Source of the DNA: Candidatus Aenigmatarchaeota archaeon
GTDB taxonomy: Archaea > Aenigmatarchaeota > Aenigmatarchaeia > GW2011-AR5 > JAGGXF01
NCBI GenBank assembly: GCA_021157845.1
Contig: JAGGVU010000013.1
Coordinates: forward strand, 11,192 to 75,191
Length of the DNA stretch: 64,000 bases
Direction: 5' to 3'
Shown: piece after piece, positions 54,024 through 64,000 of the stretch
Numbering within the stretch: the first letter of the stretch is position 1
How the letters are laid out: each line of letters opens with the position of its first letter
The notes under the pieces: model-generated
The model's database searches: none
Seen by the model: only the letters and a program-made list of their open reading frames with translations
What the model was told of the DNA's origin: nothing
Translations under genes and position numbers: made by a program

Positions 54024-55655
54024 ATGAATGGACAAATGGGTGGTCAACCTATTTTGGTTCTTCCTGAGGGAACTCTAAGACAATTAGGAAAGGATGCGCA
54101 AAAAGCAAATATAGCTGCAGCGAAAGCTGTTGCTGAAACTGTTAAAACTACGCTAGGACCGCGTGGTATGGATAAAATGCTAGTAGATACGATAGGAGAC
54201 GTTGTAATAACAAATGACGGTGCTACTATACTAGATGAGATGGAAATAGAGCATCCAGCGGCAAAAATGATGGTAGAAGTTGCAAAAACACAGGAGGACG
54301 AGGTTGGTGATGGAACAACAACAGCAGTTGTTTTATCCGGAGAATTGCTAAAAACAGCTGAATTACTATTAGAACAAAACATACACCCAACTGTAATTAT
54401 TAAGGGATATAGAATGGCAAAAAAGAAAGTACTCGAGGCTCTGAACATATTGGGGAAAGACGTAACAGTAAATGATAAGGATATTCTAAGAAAGATAGCA
54501 CTAACTGCTATGACTGGAAAAGGATCAGAAGCTGCTAAAGACTCGCTAGGAGAGCTTGCAGTAAAAGCTGTTGAAGCAGTCATGGATAATGGAAAAATTA
54601 ACACAGAAAATATACAAATAGAGAAAAGGCAGGGCGGAAGCATAGATGATACTGAATTAATACAGGGAGTCGTAATAGACAAAGAAATAGTTCACGCTAA
54701 TATGCCGAAGCTTATAAAAAATGCCAAAGTAGCATTAATTGATTCCGCATTAGAAGTTAAGGAGACAGAAACAGATGCACAGATAAGAATATCCAAACCA
54801 ACTGAGCTAAAGGCATTCATGGAACAGGAGGCAGAAATGATAAAAGATATGGTCAATAAAATTGTTAGTTCTGGTGCGAACGTCGTATTTTGCCAAAAAG
54901 GTATTGATGACTTAGCCCAGCATTATTTGGCGAAAAATGGAATAGCAGCGGTAAGAAGGGTAAAAAAGAGTGATATGGATAAATTAGCAAAAGCGACCGG
55001 AGCAAATATAATTACAAGTATAGAGGAATTAAGCAAAGAAGATCTCGGTGAGGCAGGGGTTGTTGAGGAGAAAAAGATAGCTGACGAAGAAATGGTAATT
55101 GTAAAGGAGTGTAAGAATCCAAAAGCTGTCTCAATACTTATAAGAGGAGGAACAGAGCATGTTGTCGATGAGGTCAAGAGGGCAATGGAAGACGCTATTC
55201 AGGGTGTTGCTGGCGCTATAGAAGTTGGTAAATTTATTTCTGGTGGTGGTTCTGCAGAAGTAGAACTCGGAAAAATTTTGAGAAATTATGCAGAAAGTGT
55301 TGGTGGACGGGAACAATTGGCAATAAACGCATTTGCCGACGCATTAGAAGTTATACCACGCACATTGGCAGAATCTGCTGGCATGGACCCTATAGATGCG
55401 CTAGTTAAGCTGAGAACAAAACATGAAAAGGGAGAAAAAAACTATGGTGTCGATGTTGTTTCGGCTGGGATAGCAGATATGATAAATCTCGGGGTTATAG
55501 AGCCGCTAAAAATAAAAACCCAGGCCATAAAATCAGCAACAGAAGCAGCTGAAATGATTTTAAGAATAGATGATACAATTACAGCGTCAAAAATAAACAA
55601 AGGTGGTTCCTCGTCCATGCCTCCTAGTGGAGCAGGGATGGGCGGCATGATGTAG
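54024..55655 (+). CDS. ths: thermosome subunit (group II chaperonin)
   Basis: [29 protein letters not shown], and a C-terminal GGMGGMM tail. Confidence 0.95.
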   Translation: MNGQMGGQPILVLPEGTLRQLGKDAQKANIAAAKAVAETVKTTLGPRGMDKMLVDTIGDVVITNDGATILDEMEIEHPAAKMMVEVAKTQEDEVGDGTTTAVVLSGELLKTAELLLEQNIHPTVIIKGYRMAKKKVLEALNILGKDVTVNDKDILRKIALTAMTGKGSEAAKDSLGELAVKAVEAVMDNGKINTENIQIEKRQGGSIDDTELIQGVVIDKEIVHANMPKLIKNAKVALIDSALEVKETETDAQIRISKPTELKAFMEQEAEMIKDMVNKIVSSGANVVFCQKGIDDLAQHYLAKNGIAAVRRVKKSDMDKLAKATGANIITSIEELSKEDLGEAGVVEEKKIADEEMVIVKECKNPKAVSILIRGGTEHVVDEVKRAMEDAIQGVAGAIEVGKFISGGGSAEVELGKILRNYAESVGGREQLAINAFADALEVIPRTLAESAGMDPIDALVKLRTKHEKGEKNYGVDVVSAGIADMINLGVIEPLKIKTQAIKSATEAAEMILRIDDTITASKINKGGSSSMPPSGAGMGGMM

Positions 55656-55773
55656 CCCCAGTTATTTTTCTTTTTTTGCTATTTCTTTTTTATCATTTTT
55701 TAAATGTCCTATAAATACTGAAACCTTTTTATATAGCCGTAATAATTATTTTAGTAATAAGAGGTGTATATTT

Positions 55774-56226
55774 ATGGGAGAAGATTTTGAGATTGTGCCA
55801 CTAAATCCTATACGAAGACTTGAAAAAAGACTTGAAAAATTAGAAAATAGTAAAGATAAGGACATATTTTCAGATTTGCTTCAGATGATAAAAATAAACC
55901 AAGAAACTATGGACCAATTAACAAAATTAAATACAGATCTGATAAAAGAAATGAGCAATCTGTCGTTAAAAGTAAATGATCTGACTGAAAAACTAGAGGA
56001 TTTTGTTGAAAGAATAGAAGTTGAATCTGTATCAGATACAGATCAAAAATTGGTCGAAGAAAATAAACAACTGAGAGAAAAAAGTGAAGAACTAAGTGAA
56101 AAAATAGAAAAATTGGAAAAGAAAATTAATTCAGTACTTTTAAATACGCTTATAAAAAAAAGAGCTGTTTTAAGGCCTCCTAAACGACCAGTTACACCAA
56201 GAAACTTAACTTCACAATCGGTCTAA
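55774..56226 (+). CDS. coiled-coil protein, first gene of the pilus-like locus
   Basis: 150 aa with heptad-like Leu/Glu/Lys-rich sequence and a basic Pro-rich C-terminus. Confidence 0.5.
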   Translation: MGEDFEIVPLNPIRRLEKRLEKLENSKDKDIFSDLLQMIKINQETMDQLTKLNTDLIKEMSNLSLKVNDLTEKLEDFVERIEVESVSDTDQKLVEENKQLREKSEELSEKIEKLEKKINSVLLNTLIKKRAVLRPPKRPVTPRNLTSQSV

Positions 56227-56241
56227 ATTATAGTGGGAGAA

Positions 56242-56835
56242 ATGAAAGGACAGACCCAAATTGTTACAACCATGTTGCTTACTATGGTAACTGTTGCTGT
56301 AGTCGGGACTGTCTATTTTTATGGACTTCCTTTAATAGAAAAAAATAAAGATATAGCAACGTTGCAAAAGACAGAGGATTTTATAAAACTTCTGGATGAT
56401 AAAATAAAAATTGTTGCAAACGGTGGATCAGCAGAACTTCCGTTCAATATACCGGGTCTGTTTATTTTTAATAATTCTAATGGGACAATAGAAATTAAGG
56501 TAAAAACCAGACGAACCATATACGCAACTGGAGCAGAAGTTCCGCTTGTAGGAGATTTAGAAGGAGGGAATGTCTGGGGCGTGAATAAACAAGAAATAAT
56601 ATATGTTAAGGCTGAAAAAGTGGGAAATGCGTTTGTAAACAGTTATAATCTAAATTATAAGCAGCTTGTAGGTAATGATTGCTATAAAATTGTTCTTGAA
56701 AGTAAAACTGGCAGTGATATTGTAACAGAAGAGGGACATAATATTGTTATATCGCATGTTGGTATTGATTCGTCAGAGAAATGTGGCGGGACAAAAACAT
56801 TATATAAATCAATTGTACAAATAGCTATTGTATGA
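56242..56835 (+). CDS. type IV pilin-like protein (class III signal peptide MKG|Q)
   Basis: MKGQTQIVTTMLLTMVTVAVVGTVYF has a short basic leader, Gly at -1 and a hydrophobic helix. The ATG at 56242 is preferred over the GTG at 56233. Confidence 0.65.
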   Translation: MKGQTQIVTTMLLTMVTVAVVGTVYFYGLPLIEKNKDIATLQKTEDFIKLLDDKIKIVANGGSAELPFNIPGLFIFNNSNGTIEIKVKTRRTIYATGAEVPLVGDLEGGNVWGVNKQEIIYVKAEKVGNAFVNSYNLNYKQLVGNDCYKIVLESKTGSDIVTEEGHNIVISHVGIDSSEKCGGTKTLYKSIVQIAIV

Positions 56836-57260
56836 AAGGGCAAATCAAGATCGTTAATGAACTTCTAATTTTTGCAATAGGTATGGGCATAGCTGTCGTA
56901 ATTATACTTATATTTCAAACCGTTAGAGATGTAACGTCCCAAGTAGCTATAAAAGACCAAACAGAAGAGGTTGGAAATCTTATAAGCTCGTACATATTGA
57001 AGGCAAACCAGTCCAACGCGTACTACGAAGCACGCCTACAAATACCTGAAAAAATAGGTGGACATAAATATTATATAGATGTTAAGGACAAAGATGGAGA
57101 GGCCGTGTTAACGCTTGTTAGTAGTAGTGGTTATTCCTTTTCCCAAGAACTTTTTAATATAGACAAAAACAAAATAATTACAGAAAAAATTGCAAGCAGT
57201 GCCAAATATATTAGTATAAGCTCAGATAAAAACCGTATATATTTAAACAGGCAAAGCTGA
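56832..57260 (+). CDS. type IV pilin-like protein (class III signal peptide MKG|Q)
   Basis: MKGQIKIVNELLIFAIGMGIAVVIILIF. ATGA overlap with the preceding pilin gene. Confidence 0.65.
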   Translation: MKGQIKIVNELLIFAIGMGIAVVIILIFQTVRDVTSQVAIKDQTEEVGNLISSYILKANQSNAYYEARLQIPEKIGGHKYYIDVKDKDGEAVLTLVSSSGYSFSQELFNIDKNKIITEKIASSAKYISISSDKNRIYLNRQS

Positions 57261-57314
57261 CGATTAAAAATTATTATTCAGCTAATGTTAGAATATAAAT
57301 AATAAGGTGTAAAT

Positions 57315-59495
57315 ATGGTTAATATAAAAATTGAACCTAAACCAAAAATAAGCCCATCTGTTGAAATAATGGATAAAAACTCTGTTGAACAGGCACCCAT
57401 TTCAGTAAATATCGATGAGTATGATAATAAGGTTTATTTTGGCCTTGAAAAAGAAAGGAAAAAACCAAAAATAAAACTCAAAATAATCAGGAAAAGACCG
57501 CAAAAAAAAGATATAGCAGAACCAACTAATAAAGAGTCGTATAAACAACCATCCAAAAAGTTGCCAACGACTGGCAAATTAGTGGGGACAAAACCATCGC
57601 CCAAAAAGGAGATGGTTGGCCAAAAGATACCTGATACAACAGCCGCACTGCAAGCCAAAACTTTACAAACCAGAGCTAAAATTAAACCGACTGAAGCTAG
57701 CCTGAAAACAACCGAAACTAATCCAACAAATGCGCTACAGACAGAACAAATCGAACCTAAAATTAAACAACCAAAATCTATTGCTAATATAAATAAAAGT
57801 GTAAAGGAGATTGAATATGCTACGCCAACGATGGTAAAAATTACAGCACCAGCATATCGTGAAATAGTGCAGGACAAGACTCCCTATGAATTTGTTGGTG
57901 AAAGTGGGGCAAAGCCTGAACAGGCTAGCCATGTAGAAGGCATAGAACTTCCTGAAATTGTAAAAGAAGATGTAAAACTTGAAGAACTTGAAGAAACAGA
58001 TTTAAAGACAATAAATATAAAATATCCTCTAATACCAGCAGAGCCAAAAAAAGGAGAAAAAATATTTGCATGGGCAGAAATAAGATGGTCTCATAAATCA
58101 AATGAGCTCGAATATATAATTCATGAGCCTGAATTAACTGGAGAAGAAAAAAACCTTATTGAAGATATAAAAGCCTTTATAGAGGAAAAGACAGATATAA
58201 ATTTTAATGAGATAAGAAAAAAAGAAGCACTAGATTATATAGTTAATATTTTCAACGACGCGCTTGAATATTTTAGGGTTTACCTCACAAAAGAAAAGAG
58301 AGAAATTTTTAAGTATTATATTTTCAGGGACTATATCGGGCTTGGTATATTGGAACCATTTCTAAACGATGAACATCTTGAAGACATTTCTTGTGATGGG
58401 GCGGGCATACCGATTTATATCTATCATAGAGACCCAAGGCTCGGCTCCTTAAGGACAAACGTCTTTTTTGAAAACGAAAAGGAACTTGAAAACTTTGTAA
58501 TTAAACTTTCTGAGAAATGTGGGAAATCGATATCTGTTGCCAAACCACTCTTGGACGGAGCTCTTCCAGACGGCTCAAGGGTCCAAGCTACACTTAAGGC
58601 AGATGTAGCTATGCGAGGAAGTAATTTCACTATAAGAAAATTTACAAAAAATCCGTTAACACCCACAGATTTGCTTAAATATGGAACAATAGACCTAACT
58701 ACTATGTCTTATTTTTGGCTTGCTATAGAACATGGTCTCTCTGTTTTGATATCCGGCGGGACAGCGACTGGCAAAACTTCTATGCTCAATGTTTTGTCGC
58801 TATTTATAAAGCCATCTGAAAAAATTGTCAGTATAGAAGATACACCTGAGTTAAGGTTAAGTCACCCACACTGGATCTCAGAAGTCTCGCGAACGTCCAT
58901 AGCAACAGAAAAGGAGCAGATAGACTTATTTGAACTATTGAAGGAGTCATTAAGACAAAGACCAGATTATATAATTGTTGGAGAGGTTCGTGGTGCTGAA
59001 GCCTATGTATTATTTCAGCAAATGGCAACCGGTCATGCTGGCCTATCAACTATCCATGCAGAAGATTTTCCAAAGCTGTTAGACAGACTTTCAACCAAAC
59101 CGATTGAACTCCCAATAAGCTTAGTACAAAATCTTGATATTATCGTTTTTCTTAAAAGAATAAAACAGAAAAAAAGATATATAAGAAGGGTGGACTCTAT
59201 TGTGGAAATTATAGGATTTGATAGAGAAAAAAATATACCAATAGTAAACAATCTCTTATCCTGGAACCCAAGAACTGACAAGTTTGATATAATAAATAAA
59301 AGCTATATTCTGAAAAAGATATGCGAGAAAACAAATATGAATGAAGAAGAAATTCGGAAGGAAATAAAACAACGGGCAGTTCTTCTTAAATGGATGGTTG
59401 AAAAAAATATAACAGATTATAAAAAGGTCGTTGATATAATTAATCTATACTATTCTTATGGCAGTTTGTTGATTGACAAAATAAGTGAAAGCTGA
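57315..59495 (+). CDS. type II/IV secretion-family ATPase (ArlI/FlaI/PilB-like) with ~220-aa low-complexity N-terminal extension
   Basis: Walker A SGGTATGKTS, Walker B/Asp box, IVGEVRGAEA, His box GHAGLSTIHA. The N-terminus is K/P/T/Q-rich. Confidence 0.85.
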   Translation: MVNIKIEPKPKISPSVEIMDKNSVEQAPISVNIDEYDNKVYFGLEKERKKPKIKLKIIRKRPQKKDIAEPTNKESYKQPSKKLPTTGKLVGTKPSPKKEMVGQKIPDTTAALQAKTLQTRAKIKPTEASLKTTETNPTNALQTEQIEPKIKQPKSIANINKSVKEIEYATPTMVKITAPAYREIVQDKTPYEFVGESGAKPEQASHVEGIELPEIVKEDVKLEELEETDLKTINIKYPLIPAEPKKGEKIFAWAEIRWSHKSNELEYIIHEPELTGEEKNLIEDIKAFIEEKTDINFNEIRKKEALDYIVNIFNDALEYFRVYLTKEKREIFKYYIFRDYIGLGILEPFLNDEHLEDISCDGAGIPIYIYHRDPRLGSLRTNVFFENEKELENFVIKLSEKCGKSISVAKPLLDGALPDGSRVQATLKADVAMRGSNFTIRKFTKNPLTPTDLLKYGTIDLTTMSYFWLAIEHGLSVLISGGTATGKTSMLNVLSLFIKPSEKIVSIEDTPELRLSHPHWISEVSRTSIATEKEQIDLFELLKESLRQRPDYIIVGEVRGAEAYVLFQQMATGHAGLSTIHAEDFPKLLDRLSTKPIELPISLVQNLDIIVFLKRIKQKKRYIRRVDSIVEIIGFDREKNIPIVNNLLSWNPRTDKFDIINKSYILKKICEKTNMNEEEIRKEIKQRAVLLKWMVEKNITDYKKVVDIINLYYSYGSLLIDKISES

Positions 59496-60358
59496 TGTCA
59501 AGTTCGTATACTAAATTTTGTTATAATTTATTTGGAGATTTTTCTAGACGTATAAAAGATAAATTTTTAGATATAGAGAAGGATATCAAGACAGGAGGTC
59601 TAAAATATACACTGGAAGAATGGATATCGTTGGCTATTACTACTGTCGGCATAACATTTTTTCTTGTAGCAATTTCATTATCTGTAATTTTTACAATTTT
59701 ATTCAAGAAAATTTCAGCTGCTGTTTTATTATCTGGAACATTTTCATTTGTGCTATCATCAATCGTACTTTTTTTATTTTACACATATCCGGCAGTAAAA
59801 GCAAAAGTAAATCAATCGCAAGTAGATAAAAACCTCCCATTTGCTATAACTTATCTTTCATCTATAGCGTCTGGTGAGAGTGAGCCGGCAATGCTTTTTA
59901 AGGCTATAAGCAAGTTTAAAGAATATGGAAAACTAGCAGAAGAATCAAAAGAAATAACGCGTAATATTGAACTTTTTGGGATGAGTACAATAAATGCGAT
60001 GAGAAGGCAGTCTGCGAAAACCTCCTCAAGAAAGTTCGGCGAACTTTTGACAGGGATAATCGCAACACTGGAAAGCGGTACCAGCCTGTTCAATTTTTTA
60101 AAAGACAAATCTGAATTATTTATGAATGAGTACAGAGCAAACATAAAAAAATATACACAGAAGATTTCACTCTTTGTCGAGGTTTACCTAACGCTTATTA
60201 TAATAGGCTCAATATTTTTTATAACATTATCATCTATAATGGGGATAATATCTGCCGGAACAACAATTATGATGTTGCAGATGTTCATAGTATTTATTTT
60301 TCTGCCGTTAATATCTATATCATTCATAATATTGATTAAATCTATGTCACCTGACTGA
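59495..60358 (+). CDS. T2SSF-domain polytopic membrane platform protein (TadB/FlaJ-like), part 1
   Basis: One cytoplasmic helical domain flanked by TM helices. The start overlaps the ATPase stop. Confidence 0.65.
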   Translation: MSSSYTKFCYNLFGDFSRRIKDKFLDIEKDIKTGGLKYTLEEWISLAITTVGITFFLVAISLSVIFTILFKKISAAVLLSGTFSFVLSSIVLFLFYTYPAVKAKVNQSQVDKNLPFAITYLSSIASGESEPAMLFKAISKFKEYGKLAEESKEITRNIELFGMSTINAMRRQSAKTSSRKFGELLTGIIATLESGTSLFNFLKDKSELFMNEYRANIKKYTQKISLFVEVYLTLIIIGSIFFITLSSIMGIISAGTTIMMLQMFIVFIFLPLISISFIILIKSMSPD

Positions 60359-60362
60359 GCTT

Positions 60363-61295
60363 ATGAAAATAAAACGATTATATATAGAAATTATGGCTTT
60401 TTTAGTAGTGTTAATAGCATCTTTTCTTATATCTGAAGACAAAATAATATTTGTCAATATATTTTTCATAGGTTCTGTGCTTATTGTAGTGCCACGTTCT
60501 ATAAAAAATTATCTGGAATTCAGACATATACAGGCAATAGAGAACGAATTTCCGAATTTTTTGAGAGACCTTTCAGAAGAAGTAAGATCTGGGTTAAGTA
60601 TTGTGCAGGCATTTGGAATTGTTTCAAAGTCGGATTATGGTCCCCTTTCACCAGAAATAAAAAAAATGAATAATCAGCTCTCGTGGAATATCAGACTGGA
60701 AAGGGTACTCCAAATGTTTAAAGAAAGGCTAAACAAAAGCGATATAATAGTAAAATCAATAACCATAATCTCAGAAGCACAGCGCTCTGGAGGTAATATT
60801 GCAGAAATCCTTGAAAAACTTGCTGATAACGTTGAAAAAATAAGGCAGGTGAAAAATGAAAAAGCTACCCTATTACATCAACAGGTCATAACACTTTACG
60901 CTATTTTTTTCATATTTATAGGAATATCAATAGCGCTACTAAAGTTTTTACTGCCAATGATGGCCATCCAGCAAGGCAGCGGCTTTGAAATGCAGGGGCT
61001 GGCATTTGGCACAAGCCCGTGTGAACAATGTCTAACTACTAATATAGCAACATGTTTTCCGTGTAAAATGTCATTTACTATTTGTCAACTATTTGGATTT
61101 GGCCCGATAGAAAAAGCGGACTGCTATTTTAGAACACTATTTTTTTCCATGATAATTATACAGGGCTTATTTACTGGATTAATTGCCGGACAGATTGAAA
61201 CCGGATCAACCGTTGGCGGAATAAAACACAGCCTGATAATGTTTTCATCTGGATTTATAATATTTCTAATCTTGATAAGGATTGGATTTATATGA
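60363..61295 (+). CDS. T2SSF-domain polytopic membrane platform protein (TadC/FlaJ-like), part 2
   Basis: Same architecture as part 1, plus an extra Cys-containing loop (CEQC...CFPC). Confidence 0.65.
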   Translation: MKIKRLYIEIMAFLVVLIASFLISEDKIIFVNIFFIGSVLIVVPRSIKNYLEFRHIQAIENEFPNFLRDLSEEVRSGLSIVQAFGIVSKSDYGPLSPEIKKMNNQLSWNIRLERVLQMFKERLNKSDIIVKSITIISEAQRSGGNIAEILEKLADNVEKIRQVKNEKATLLHQQVITLYAIFFIFIGISIALLKFLLPMMAIQQGSGFEMQGLAFGTSPCEQCLTTNIATCFPCKMSFTICQLFGFGPIEKADCYFRTLFFSMIIIQGLFTGLIAGQIETGSTVGGIKHSLIMFSSGFIIFLILIRIGFI

Positions 61296-61816
61296 AAGGA
61301 GATACAAACATAGAATTCATTTTATCTGCTGGGGTGTTTCTCATTGTTGTTGCTTTCTTAAGTTTTCATATATTGAGTTTTGTTCCTATTTTTCATTCAG
61401 AGTCGAGGGCCAATATACTAAAGTCTAAGACTTTTCAGGTTTCTGAAATGTTAATAATGAGTACGGGAAGTCCGCAAAATTGGGACGAAAGTGAGGTAAC
61501 TATAAATGATATGAAGAAAATAGGTTTGACAGTTGGCGAAGATTACGTGTTAGACAAAAATAAGATTGACAAACTTCAGAATTGGTGCAATAATTATTAT
61601 AGAACAGTTATTAATTTATCAAACTTAGATTACAGGATGTCTCTGATTATAAATATGACAGACATCGATGGAAACAGCATTATGTTATGCGCGCCAGAGG
61701 GAATTAGTTATAAAAATAAAAATTGGATATATAGATTTGCAATTATCGATGAGGATGACAATGGGATAGTAGATGAAAATGATAAGATAGTTAAGCTAAA
61801 AATATCAGTGTTTTAG
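61292..61816 (+). CDS. type IV pilin-like protein (MKG|D leader)
   Basis: MKGDTNIEFILSAGVFLIVVAFLSF. ATGA overlap with the platform gene. Confidence 0.6.
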   Translation: MKGDTNIEFILSAGVFLIVVAFLSFHILSFVPIFHSESRANILKSKTFQVSEMLIMSTGSPQNWDESEVTINDMKKIGLTVGEDYVLDKNKIDKLQNWCNNYYRTVINLSNLDYRMSLIINMTDIDGNSIMLCAPEGISYKNKNWIYRFAIIDEDDNGIVDENDKIVKLKISVF

Positions 61817-61915
61817 TACGGGCTAGGTTTTTGGCTGACAGTTAAAACAAACATAAATGCGGTGTCATATTTTCCAATTAGGTCACAACTATCATAGTTT
61901 TTAAGGTGTTTTGAA

Positions 61916-63190
61916 ATGGCAAGAGGGTTTGTAAAAATTTTGGAGGCTTTGATTGCATCTATTATCATACTTAGTTCTGTTTCCTATTTTATTAATATTC
62001 GAGAGGGCAAAAGTATGTGGAGTGAAAAAATAACGCAGATAGAAGCGTATGATGCTTTAGCAGTATTGGACAAAACAGGAGCTCTGCAAAAAGCTATATG
62101 GTCAAATAATGTCAGCCTTACAGCAAGTGATGGTCTAATTAAAAAAATGTTTAGGCCAATGACAGATTTTTCACTTGAGGTCGATGGTCTTCCAAAACCA
62201 ATAATTTATGTTGGCTGCTTGTGTAATAACGAAGAAACAGAGAGGTTACGAAATATGCTTCTTCCCGGCTCATCTCCAAAAATAGACTATTTTCTTTTGG
62301 ACGGCCGACCCATACAAATTAGGATAAATACCACAGATCTTTCTGATTTAGAAAATATAGACTTGCTTTTTTCATTTAGCAAAAGCGAATATGAAAATAA
62401 TAAAGATCGGATAGAACAATTTTTAAGAAATAATGGCGGGGTAGTGCTTCTTGATAATATAACGGAAGCTGATTTATCGTATTTGAATAATATTGGTTTT
62501 GGTCTTAATTGGTCGTCGAGCTTATCACAAGAGAAGAATAGCTTTTGGAGTCAATCTCCAGATAAGTTATCATATAGGATATCTAAATACTTCTCAAAAG
62601 TTCCGTTCCGTGTGAACACTAATTTTGGTGTGGGCACTTTTTACATAGGAGGAAATTCGTATGATATTGAAACTCATATTAATGCAACTACAGAATGGGT
62701 CGAATTTCCAGCAGGATCTGATATTAATTATACAGAAGGTGAACTCTTTAACATTGGCGACTGGACAATAGAAGTTACGAGAATAAATGCTAATATAACT
62801 GATGAAGGATATAACTCAGTCGATTTGACTATAAAAGATAGAAATTTTAATTTTTCAATACCTGTAGCTGCCGATGCAAACCAAATAACAAAAGACAACA
62901 AAACTATTTTATATAATATAAATTCAGCTGTAAAAGTAAATTATGATGTATATAAAGGTGGGGGAAGAACAGCATGGGTCTCATGGTATCCGGCTAATTA
63001 TTCTGATATGAATCAGTTATTGAAATCAATTATACTCTGGACATCTGGAGAAAAATTTGTGTTTTATTCGCCATCCTTCAAAAAAACAGAATACAAGACA
63101 AAACCGAAAACGTATAATAAGGTAACTAGGCTTATAATTGAAAAACAACCATATGAGGTAAATCTTTATATTTGGAATGTCTTTTTCTAA
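61916..63190 (+). CDS. large pilin-like / pilus-associated protein (MARG|F leader)
   Basis: MARGFVKILEALIASIIILSSVSYF leader plus helix, then a ~400-aa Asn-rich extracellular part. Confidence 0.55.
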   Translation: MARGFVKILEALIASIIILSSVSYFINIREGKSMWSEKITQIEAYDALAVLDKTGALQKAIWSNNVSLTASDGLIKKMFRPMTDFSLEVDGLPKPIIYVGCLCNNEETERLRNMLLPGSSPKIDYFLLDGRPIQIRINTTDLSDLENIDLLFSFSKSEYENNKDRIEQFLRNNGGVVLLDNITEADLSYLNNIGFGLNWSSSLSQEKNSFWSQSPDKLSYRISKYFSKVPFRVNTNFGVGTFYIGGNSYDIETHINATTEWVEFPAGSDINYTEGELFNIGDWTIEVTRINANITDEGYNSVDLTIKDRNFNFSIPVAADANQITKDNKTILYNINSAVKVNYDVYKGGGRTAWVSWYPANYSDMNQLLKSIILWTSGEKFVFYSPSFKKTEYKTKPKTYNKVTRLIIEKQPYEVNLYIWNVFF

Positions 63191-63304
63191 TTTTTAATGA
63201 AATTTTAGCAATTTATAATTGGTTTGTAAATGCCATCTGGCATCACATTTATATACGCGCATTCTTAATAAAAATATTTAATATGCTGTTCAACAATAAT
63301 AGTT

Positions 63305-63988
63305 ATGTTTTGCGTAAATTGCGGAAAAAAGATCTCTAAAGGCAGGCTATGCGATACATGTTTGTCAAAATATCACGAATTATTTAAATTCAAAAAGCCT
63401 GTCTTAAGGATAAAGGTATGTGACTGTGGACGATTCTTTTTTAAAGGTTGGAAGGAAAAATCCGAGCTAGTTAAGACATTAGTAAAGTTAAATATGAAGC
63501 TATCGTGGAATGCGAAAATAAGAAAAAAAGAGATAATTTCAAAAGAGCATGGAAATAAAATTTTTATTACGGTTCATGCAGAAGGAAAAGTAGATGGCGT
63601 AAATATTAAAGAAAAAAAGTCATTTCAAGTTATAAAGATAAACAATAAGTGTGACATATGTTCAAAAATATCAGGAAATTATTACGAAGCTGTTATACAA
63701 CTAAGGGATGTATCTCTTTCAACATTGATGGACATAATTTCAAAAGATGAAAAAAAGTTTATAACCAAAATAAAGCATGTTAAGAACGGGTTTGATATAT
63801 TTTTCATGAAAAAACCATTGGCAAAGAGCAAATCCAAACAACTTAAACTTTTAGGTTTAAATATTAAAGCGTCATATAAACTTGTTGGAAAAAAGAAAGG
63901 AAAAGAACTGTATAGAGATTTTTACTCAGTTAGGAGGAAATCTGATGGAGATAAAAGTCGGAAAAATAAGAATACCAAAAGGGAATGA
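63305..63988 (+). CDS. NMD3-family protein (short archaeal form)
   Basis: N-terminal CVNCG...CDTC, then CDCG, then CDICSKISGNYYEAVIQLR, which is characteristic of NMD3. Confidence 0.6.
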   Translation: MFCVNCGKKISKGRLCDTCLSKYHELFKFKKPVLRIKVCDCGRFFFKGWKEKSELVKTLVKLNMKLSWNAKIRKKEIISKEHGNKIFITVHAEGKVDGVNIKEKKSFQVIKINNKCDICSKISGNYYEAVIQLRDVSLSTLMDIISKDEKKFITKIKHVKNGFDIFFMKKPLAKSKSKQLKLLGLNIKASYKLVGKKKGKELYRDFYSVRRKSDGDKSRKNKNTKRE

Positions 63989-64000
63989 AGTATTTGGGCT

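Noticed and set aside
55774-63190. Pilus locus considered as an archaellum (motility) operon
   Set aside because: There are no archaellin (ArlB) genes with the typical conserved N-terminus and size, and no ArlC/D/E, F, G, H or X genes. Only the ATPase, platform and short pilins are present.

Overview
This is a visibly AT-rich, tightly packed archaeal chromosome segment. Many genes abut or overlap (TAATG and ATGA junctions). Archaeal markers are unambiguous: thermosome, fibrillarin plus Nop5, aMBF1, ribosomal protein S17e, NMD3, isopentenyl phosphate kinase plus type-2 IPP isomerase, archaeal ApgM, the form III RuBisCO / AMP phosphorylase / ribose-1,5-bisphosphate isomerase operon, and class III (prepilin-like) signal peptides. 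Small genes, split or minimal enzymes and giant surface proteins fit a reduced-genome, DPANN-like archaeon; that placement is inference.

I support about 60 CDS, 7 tRNA genes, one decayed HIT gene and a few small ORFs missed by the track. I saw no CRISPR array, transposase, integrase or rRNA.

The most interesting signals are:
1. Every one of the 7 tRNA genes is interrupted by one to three inserts, 13 in total. Most sit at non-canonical positions (D-loop, T-loop, variable arm). The inserts fall into recognisable sequence families that recur at different structural positions in different tRNAs, which suggests mobile or transposing tRNA introns. One carries a 49-nt tandem duplication and two carry C/D-box-like motifs.
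2. tRNA-Cys lies 20 nt upstream of cysS. tRNA-Val overlaps the 3' end of pyrH. There is a tRNA-Ile with a UAU anticodon.
3. A four-gene operon encodes giant secreted, sequon-rich surface proteins that share a C-terminal anchor module.
4. A self-contained type IV pilus-like locus has four KG/RG-type pilins, a split platform protein and an ATPase with a long low-complexity N-terminal extension.
5. There is a split ThiI: a THUMP protein with a dead PP-loop and a separate PP-loop-only protein. There is also a free-standing ThrRS editing domain and an ATP-cone/PD-(D/E)xK nuclease fusion.

All calls come from reading the sequence and translations by eye. No searches were run.
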